Source: an uncultured Desulfatitalea sp. (GTDB lineage: Bacteria > Desulfobacterota > Desulfobacteria > Desulfobacterales > Desulfosarcinaceae). From it: a stretch of DNA of 64,000 nt. The notes beneath the pieces were generated by a model. It was not told the origin of the DNA, made no database searches, and worked only from the letters and a program-made list of their open reading frames with translations. Below are positions 57,746 through 64,000 of this stretch, piece after piece. The stretch's first letter is position 1. Each line of letters opens with the position of its first letter. Made by a program: the position numbers and the translations under genes. Where the stretch lies: assembly GCA_963668675.2 (NCBI GenBank), contig CAXXMB010000002.1, forward strand, positions 1 to 64,000, read 5' to 3'.

Positions 57746-59461
57746 TTACATGCGTACCCGCTTCGCCACCTCGACGAACCGGTCGAGCTGCTTTCGAACT
57801 TCGCGCTTGTTGTACTTGCCCACACTCGTCTTGGGTATGTCGTCCACCAGGGCGACGTAGACGGGCAGCATCCACTTGGTGATCTTACCCTGATCCACTC
57901 CCTCTTTTTGCAAAAAATCGATGACATCCTCTTCGGTGCGCTCCATCCCCGGAATCAAGCGCACGATCGCCATGGGGATCTCGCCCCACTTCTCATCGGG
58001 CACGCCCACACACATCGCCTCGAGGATGAACTCGGCATTGGAGATCAGGTTCTCCACCAGAACGGTGGGGATCATCTCTGAACCGCAACGGATGACATCG
58101 GTCATGCGGTCGACGATCGTGATGTAATTGTCCTTGTCGATCTTGGCGGCATCGCCGGTATGGAACCAGCCGTCGCGCCAAGCCTCGGCCGTGCGTTCGG
58201 GGTCTTTGAAGTAGCGCTCCATGATCCAGTGGCCCCTGAGTACGATCTCTCCCACCGTGTCGTCGTCTTGGGGGACTTCCCGGCCATCGGCGTCGACCAC
58301 CCGTGCGTCGATGGCCGGCACATAGGCCAGACCGGTCTTGACCATGTAGGGGTCGACCCGCTCCTGCGGCCAGTCGACCATATATCGTTTCAAGCTGGCA
58401 CTGATGACGCCGTCATAGGTTTCGGTCATGCCGTAGCCGGAACCGACCCTTAGGGTGGGAAAGAGTTTCTCCGCCTTCTGCTTCAACCCTAAAGGAAGCG
58501 CCCCGCCGCCGACGTTGATATGGGTCAGGCTACTCAGATCCCAGCGCTCGACCTCGCCATACTCCACGATCATGGCCAGCATGGTGGGCACCAGCATGGT
58601 CGTGTTGACCCTTTCGGTCTGCACCAGCTCGCAGAAACCTTCGGCCGTAAATTTGCCTGGCAAGATGATCTTGGCACTTGAGAGCACGCTGAAAAACGGC
58701 GAGCCCCAGGCGTGGATGTGAAAAAGCGGGATATTCATCAAAGTGATGACGTGATTCGGTCGAGGCGGGTCTTCGGTCCGCCGCGGAGCCGTGCTGATAA
58801 GCATGGTAACGTGCAGGCTGTGCAGATAGATCTGTCGGTTGGTGTAGAGGGCCCCCTTGGGAAGACCCGTGGTGCCGGTGGTGTAGTAAAGCACCGCATG
58901 GGTATCCTCGTCGAGGTCCGGCCACTCAAAGTCTTGGGGCTGGTCTTTGATCAGCGCTTCGTAACTGTAGATCGGCTCGATCCGGGTCTCCGGGATCTCC
59001 TGCCCTTCCGACATGAGCACAAATGCTTCGACGTGATCCTTGATCCGATCGTAGAGCGCCTCGACCAGCGGCAGAATATCCTTGTCCAGGAAGATGATCT
59101 TATCTTCCGAATGAGTAATGGTATAGGCCATATGATCCAGGGAGAGGCGAACATTAATAGGGTGGGAGACCGCGCCGCTGCAGATGGTCGCGTAGATCGT
59201 CTCCAAATGCCAGTGGTGGTTCAGCGCCATGGTGCCGACGCGGTCACCGCGTTTTACACCCAGTTTCGTCAATGCGTGGGCCAGCCGGCAGGTGCGGGCA
59301 TGCCACTCACGCCAGGTGAGCCTCAGATAGTTGCCCTCATCATTGCGGTAGACCATGGCGATATCATCCGGATACATGTACAGCGGTCGCTTCATGAGGT
59401 TTTTAACCAACAGGGGATAATGCTTGTTGAATTCAGGGTAGGTCGTCTTTTCGGCCGTCAT
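57746..59461 (-). CDS. Acyl-CoA synthetase (AMP-forming)
   Basis: YTTGTTGLPKG, PLFHIHAWG, GYGMTET, WFHTGD, DEKWGE and PKTSVGK. Confidence 0.93.
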   Translation of the reverse strand: MTAEKTTYPEFNKHYPLLVKNLMKRPLYMYPDDIAMVYRNDEGNYLRLTWREWHARTCRLAHALTKLGVKRGDRVGTMALNHHWHLETIYATICSGAVSHPINVRLSLDHMAYTITHSEDKIIFLDKDILPLVEALYDRIKDHVEAFVLMSEGQEIPETRIEPIYSYEALIKDQPQDFEWPDLDEDTHAVLYYTTGTTGLPKGALYTNRQIYLHSLHVTMLISTAPRRTEDPPRPNHVITLMNIPLFHIHAWGSPFFSVLSSAKIILPGKFTAEGFCELVQTERVNTTMLVPTMLAMIVEYGEVERWDLSSLTHINVGGGALPLGLKQKAEKLFPTLRVGSGYGMTETYDGVISASLKRYMVDWPQERVDPYMVKTGLAYVPAIDARVVDADGREVPQDDDTVGEIVLRGHWIMERYFKDPERTAEAWRDGWFHTGDAAKIDKDNYITIVDRMTDVIRCGSEMIPTVLVENLISNAEFILEAMCVGVPDEKWGEIPMAIVRLIPGMERTEEDVIDFLQKEGVDQGKITKWMLPVYVALVDDIPKTSVGKYNKREVRKQLDRFVEVAKRVRM

Positions 59462-59600
59462 TGAGCGTCCTCTCTTTTTGCTTTGAAAGGTAAATAGGTA
59501 AATTTTCGTTCAATGGTACTGTGGGCGGGTACGTGCGGCAGCACGATCCGGTGCGCCGGCAGGATCGAATTGGTCTCCTCTTCCTCCTAAATCTCACCCT

Positions 59601-59974
59601 CTCAACTTTCGGGTATCATAATTGATGGCCCCGTAAAAAACCGCTCATACGTAATGCCGGATCTGATCCGGCATCCAGAAGCCATTGAAAAGGCGCACGG
59701 ATTCCGGCTTTCGCCGGAATGACGAGAACTGTGATTTTTAACCGCCGGGCTAATGACAAAGCTCACGGAGGCGAGTCCGGTGGGGTGGTCTGCACCTCTT
59801 CAACATTGCATGTTAGCGCCGCTTAACTGCAGTGGAGGATTAGCGACCCGGACTGTTTGAGCGAAGCGAGTTTCCGGGCCGCCCGGAACTGCAGTTTAGC
59901 GGCACTTACATGCGTTTGCGCAAGGTGCGGACCACCCCACCGGACTCGCCGGATTATTACCCCCGAAAGCTGAC
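59601..59974. repeat. Nested miniature inverted-repeat element with an inserted REP-type element
   Basis: Termini CTCAACTTTCGGG / CCCGAAAGCTGAC; REP-type insert at about 59619-59754; 28-bp inverted repeat at 59770-59797 and 59923-59950 (27/28 match). Confidence 0.75.
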
Positions 59975-59977
59975 CTC

Positions 59978-61567
59978 CTATATCTTCCCTCCTCGTCGCT
60001 TGATCTCTTCGACAAGAATCAGTTCGCCCAGTTTCCCCGGCCGGCACAACACAGCCCTGCCCTTGTTGATGCGGGCCATTTCACGGGTGAACTCCAGCAG
60101 CACAGGGCTGTCGTCGAGCATGAAGGTTTCGATGTTCATCCCCTGGGCAGTGACCCGCTTCACTTCGGCCAGTGTGGCGATGCAAGCGTTGCGGCTGATG
60201 CCGTTGATGGTTTCGGGGAACTCGACATGCAGCGCTCCATCGATGTAGTAGGCGGTCGGCTGCCCGTCGGTAATGACCAGAACCCGGTTGTTGCGGTTTC
60301 CGCTGCGCTTGATCAGCTGCATGGCCAGTTGAAGCGCCCCTTGGAGATTGGTAAACGGGCGGTAGGCATCCCATACGGCCATGGCGAGTTCCCGCCCCTT
60401 GAGTTCCACGGCTTCCGTGGAGAAGCCGATGGTGTGGACCTTGTCCTTTGGAAAGCGTGAACGGATGTAGTGATCGAGCGCCAGGGCCACCTTCTTGGCG
60501 GCCTCGAACCGTCCGTCGCGTGACATGGACCAGGAGAGATCGAGCAGCACAGCTGTGGTGGTGGTCACCATCTGCTCCCGTTCGCGCACATAAAATGCTT
60601 CGGGATCCAGTGCGATGCCGCCGTCCGCCCCCTGCCCCCGTGGAATCGCGTTTAAGATGGTTTGGGTCAAGTCGAGGTCGAAACGATCACCGTAGGAATA
60701 GGGCCGCGAGGAGTCGGGCAGCAGCTCGCCTGTCTGGGGTGCGTTGCCCGGGTTCTCGCCACGGCGATCCTTTTTGATATGGTGGAACAGCTTGCCGAAG
60801 GCCGTCTCCCCCAGCGTCCGCAACCCCCGGGGGGTCATCTCGATGCCCCGCTCGCCGCTTTGAATCAGCTTCTCTTCCGACACCACGTTGGGCAGCTGCA
60901 GAAGAATGTTGAAGGAGGCTTTCGCCTCATCGCCCAGCATCTGCCTCAACTGCTCCTCATCGATCTGCTCGAACTGCCCCCGCAGCATCTGCTTCTGAAG
61001 CTGATCCAAGGCTTGGAACTGGCGCATCAGTTCGAGGGCCTGCTCGAAATCGAGGTGCTCCTCTCCAAAAAACCGATCGGCATATTCACTGTAGAAATCG
61101 TAAAGGTCGAGGATATCCTGCTCTCTCTTGTGCCAATTGTCGAACAGCTCCCTGCTCTCCTCGTTGATAAAATCGAACTTCTTCAGGGATCTGATCTTCT
61201 TAAGCAGACCGGCAGGCAATTCGTCATACGTCGGCGGCGGCGCTTCGCCGACCCTTCTTCTCGACATGGCCTCGTCTTCCAACAGAAACCTGAGGTCGTC
61301 CATCGGTTGGTCAAAAATTTTTTCGAGACTATACTGGGAGAAGAGATCCTCTTTCTGGGACTGGATCTGTTCGATCATCTCCTCCAGACCCATCACCCTG
61401 AAATCCATGCCGGCCAGCGGGAATCCCTCCCAGAGCATCTGGGCCATGGATGTGTTAGGAGACATGCCCTTCATGATATTCTCCATGAAGTGGTCGATGA
61501 TCTCCCGTTTCTTATCGCTGAACGGCTGTTGGGTGCCGTCCCAGCGCCTGTAGCGGAAACGCTTCAT
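59978..61567 (-). CDS. VWA domain protein
   Basis: RFRYRRWDG N-terminus, DLSWSM MIDAS motif, TNLQGAL and ITDGQPTA. Confidence 0.9.
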   Translation of the reverse strand: MKRFRYRRWDGTQQPFSDKKREIIDHFMENIMKGMSPNTSMAQMLWEGFPLAGMDFRVMGLEEMIEQIQSQKEDLFSQYSLEKIFDQPMDDLRFLLEDEAMSRRRVGEAPPPTYDELPAGLLKKIRSLKKFDFINEESRELFDNWHKREQDILDLYDFYSEYADRFFGEEHLDFEQALELMRQFQALDQLQKQMLRGQFEQIDEEQLRQMLGDEAKASFNILLQLPNVVSEEKLIQSGERGIEMTPRGLRTLGETAFGKLFHHIKKDRRGENPGNAPQTGELLPDSSRPYSYGDRFDLDLTQTILNAIPRGQGADGGIALDPEAFYVREREQMVTTTTAVLLDLSWSMSRDGRFEAAKKVALALDHYIRSRFPKDKVHTIGFSTEAVELKGRELAMAVWDAYRPFTNLQGALQLAMQLIKRSGNRNNRVLVITDGQPTAYYIDGALHVEFPETINGISRNACIATLAEVKRVTAQGMNIETFMLDDSPVLLEFTREMARINKGRAVLCRPGKLGELILVEEIKRRGGKI

Positions 61568-62964
61568 TTGTAAAGCACTCCGTTTTCGTGGGCTTCGCGA
61601 TTGAGTTTGTTGGAGAGGTGCAGGCCCTCGAGTACAAATTCAAGAGCGGCGGCAACCTGCGGGGCATCCTTGAGATCGGCCAACCGCTCGACGGCCGCCT
61701 CCATGCCCGGGATATACTTCAAACCGTCCAGGTAGGCGTCGGAGGGCTGAAAACGGGAGATCTCCACGCTCATTCCCTTTTCGAAGGCGGCGATAATCTC
61801 AGCGAGCCCATCGATCTGGAAATGGGTATCGAACACGCTTTTGATCGCCCGGTGCGCCAGGTTGTCGACGATATCGTTGCCGTTGTTCTCCTGCACCTGG
61901 TACTCGAGCTCCAGTTTGCCGGAGATGGCCGGATAGGTCATCTCGATATCGGTGATTCGGGGCACCGCAACGGTTTCACCCAACTCCAGGCAGCGGCGCA
62001 CGGCGCTTCCGAGAATCGCTTCGTAACTGCGAATCGAGACTCTGCAGCTGACCCCCGAGTGCTGGTTGATCTCCGAACTGCTGCGGGCCTGGAAGGTCAT
62101 CTCCGCCAGGATATCCTTCATAAAGTCGGGTATGCATGTCTCTATGCCGTCGACGGGCAGCTCCCGCGCCTCCTGCTCCATGATCGCTATCTCGTGCCGC
62201 TTCTTCTGGGGATAATGGGTTCGGATCTGGGCGTCGAAACGGTCCTTCAACGGCGTAATAATCCGCCCCCTGTTGGTGTAATCCTCGGGGTTGGCGGTGG
62301 CCACAATAAAAATATCCAGCGGCAGACGGACCGGGAAGCCTTTGATCTGAAAATCGCTCTCCTCCATGATGTTGAAGAAGGCGACCTGGATCTTCTCGGC
62401 CAGGTCGGGCAGTTCGTTGATGGCGAAGATGCCGCGGTGCGCCCTGGGAACGAGTCCGAAATGGATGGCCGCTTCGTCGTCGAGCGTTCTGCCCTGGGCG
62501 ATCTTGATCGGGTCCACCTCGCCGATCAGGTCGGCGGTGCTCACATCCGATGTGGCCAGTTTCTCCACCAGCCGCCGCTCCTTGGGAATGTATGCGATGG
62601 GAAGATTGCCGCCCATCTCGGCCTTGCGTTGCCGACAGGCGCTGCAGATGGGGCGGAAGGGGTCGTCGTTGATGGGACACCCTTCGATGGCGGGCATCTC
62701 GTCATCCAGAAAATCGATCATGTGGCGAATCATGCGGCTTTTGCCCTGTCCCCGCTCGCCGAGAAAGATGATGTTGTGGCCGCAGAGAATCGCATTGATC
62801 AGGGCGGGCATGACGGTCTCATCATAACCGATCATGTCGGCAAAGAGCGGTCTCTTCTCTTTTAGCTTGCGAATCAGGTTACTTCTCATCTCCTGACGGA
62901 TGTCGGGCAAGCTGGAGATCTTGCGCTTCAGCTCCCCAAATGTGCGGGGCTTTTTCTGGGGCAT
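61564..62964 (-). CDS. AAA+ ATPase (Mg-chelatase-like), partner of the VWA protein
   Basis: GERGQGKS, EKLAT, INELPDL and ANPEDYTNRGRIITPLKDRF. Confidence 0.9.
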   Translation of the reverse strand: MPQKKPRTFGELKRKISSLPDIRQEMRSNLIRKLKEKRPLFADMIGYDETVMPALINAILCGHNIIFLGERGQGKSRMIRHMIDFLDDEMPAIEGCPINDDPFRPICSACRQRKAEMGGNLPIAYIPKERRLVEKLATSDVSTADLIGEVDPIKIAQGRTLDDEAAIHFGLVPRAHRGIFAINELPDLAEKIQVAFFNIMEESDFQIKGFPVRLPLDIFIVATANPEDYTNRGRIITPLKDRFDAQIRTHYPQKKRHEIAIMEQEARELPVDGIETCIPDFMKDILAEMTFQARSSSEINQHSGVSCRVSIRSYEAILGSAVRRCLELGETVAVPRITDIEMTYPAISGKLELEYQVQENNGNDIVDNLAHRAIKSVFDTHFQIDGLAEIIAAFEKGMSVEISRFQPSDAYLDGLKYIPGMEAAVERLADLKDAPQVAAALEFVLEGLHLSNKLNREAHENGVLYK

Positions 62965-63148
62965 AACGACTCCTTGCGGTGGTGATTTCAGTGAATGGTG
63001 GCGATCATCCCAATCGAGCAGTCGGGTGGAACAGATTAAAACTGTGTTCCATTTCATATCACAACGCCCGTTTGCACAGAAGTGTTTATCGACAAGAGCT
63101 GGAGAGGCAGAAGAGATAGCGGGCAGGCAAGCGCAGCAGGGGCGTTTT

Positions 63149-64000
63149 CTACGGTGCGGGCAGTGCGATGTCGCCGGTTTGAATATCAGCGGGCTCTTCC
63201 AGCGTAGCCCGGGCCGTGGTCTCCTCTACAGTAGCAATACGAATGTCGCCCAGCTTGTAACCAGGGGCGATAAAGCGCTCCCCGTTCTGGCCGGCAAGAA
63301 CACGTCGCCCTTCATACAGGGAGAGACGGTCACCCGCTTTGAGTCCGGCGGTGCGGCCGGCGGCCAGCATCACGCCCTGGCCATCCACGGCGATGACCGA
63401 AGCCATCCATCGGCCATCGGCCATGCGATCGGCTGCCAATTCACCCAGCACCTCTCCATGATCGGCGGCGGCCTCATCGACCTCCGCTATGGTGCCCTGC
63501 ACTCCTGCCATAAGGGCCTCGTATTCGTCCATGGAGATCCTAACGGTCTCATCCGTCACCTCGCTCACAATTTTGGCGCCGGTGAACGTATCATATACAT
63601 CCAGCGCCACAACCAGGTTGACGTAACCGCGCTCTTTGCGAAACATCCAGAGCCCCTTCTTTTCCTTTATCGGCGAAGCACCCCACAGGCCCGCCTGGAG
63701 AAGGTAGTGATAGCCTTGCATACGTGCGCCTTCTGCCGCTAAGGATAGAGGGCCGGAAAGGGCCGGGATGCCACCGTCCTGAAGTGTGATCAGCTCCAGA
63801 CGATCACTTTTGTCGCGGATGGTGTCGACCACACTCTGGAAAAAGATCGTTTCGATCTGGCCTGCGAACGGTGTGCCCCTGCCCGGTTTCAGAACGATGG
63901 CTGCCCGTTTGAGGTAGGGTCGATCGTCGGTCGAGGCTTCGAAGTAGGTTTCGCGCAGCTCTATGCGCTTATAGGGGTCTTTGGCACAGGCGCCTAATAG
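63149..64000 (-). CDS. Lipoprotein with FlgT-like C-terminal domain, 5' end outside the window
   Basis: Frame open to the window edge with lipobox LLGAC; C-terminal AGRTAGLKAGDRLSLY pattern. Confidence 0.6.
   Translation of the reverse strand, partial: LLGACAKDPYKRIELRETYFEASTDDRPYLKRAAIVLKPGRGTPFAGQIETIFFQSVVDTIRDKSDRLELITLQDGGIPALSGPLSLAAEGARMQGYHYLLQAGLWGASPIKEKKGLWMFRKERGYVNLVVALDVYDTFTGAKIVSEVTDETVRISMDEYEALMAGVQGTIAEVDEAAADHGEVLGELAADRMADGRWMASVIAVDGQGVMLAAGRTAGLKAGDRLSLYEGRRVLAGQNGERFIAPGYKLGDIRIATVEETTARATLEEPADIQTGDIALPAP

Overview
Chromosomal window from a sulfate-reducing deltaproteobacterium (Desulfobacterota, probably Desulfobacterales; inferred from gene content and protein style). 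Left to right: (1) fatty-acid beta-oxidation genes behind a FadR-type operator; (2) dusB and an adenylate/guanylate cyclase; (3) a stress locus (NarL-type two-component system, USP, P3A-type H+-ATPase, then ftsH and degP on the opposite strand). Its two convergent arms share the same 23-bp-periodic promoter motif and are separated by (4) an AT-rich integron with intI (one frameshift in a T8 run), attI, three intact attC cassettes and a fourth cassette interrupted by an IS5-family element. Then come (5) an HDOD and HEAT-receiver pair, a large secreted protein and wtpABC; (6) an aprBA pair with no adjacent qmo genes, behind a sigma54-like promoter and bracketed by two copies of a miniature repeat; (7) two PAS sigma54 activators with thioredoxin, DUF4242 and YkgJ genes; (8) an operon of 2-oxoacid:ferredoxin oxidoreductase plus three Hdr/Mvh fusion proteins, including an HdrA split in the ORF track by an in-frame UGA with a SECIS-like hairpin (probable selenocysteine); (9) SDR, PIG-L deacetylase, acyl-CoA ligase, an AAA/VWA pair and a partial lipoprotein. 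Several families of miniature inverted-repeat elements occur between genes. I saw no rRNA, tRNA or CRISPR array. Family assignments come from recognising motifs by eye, not from database searches.
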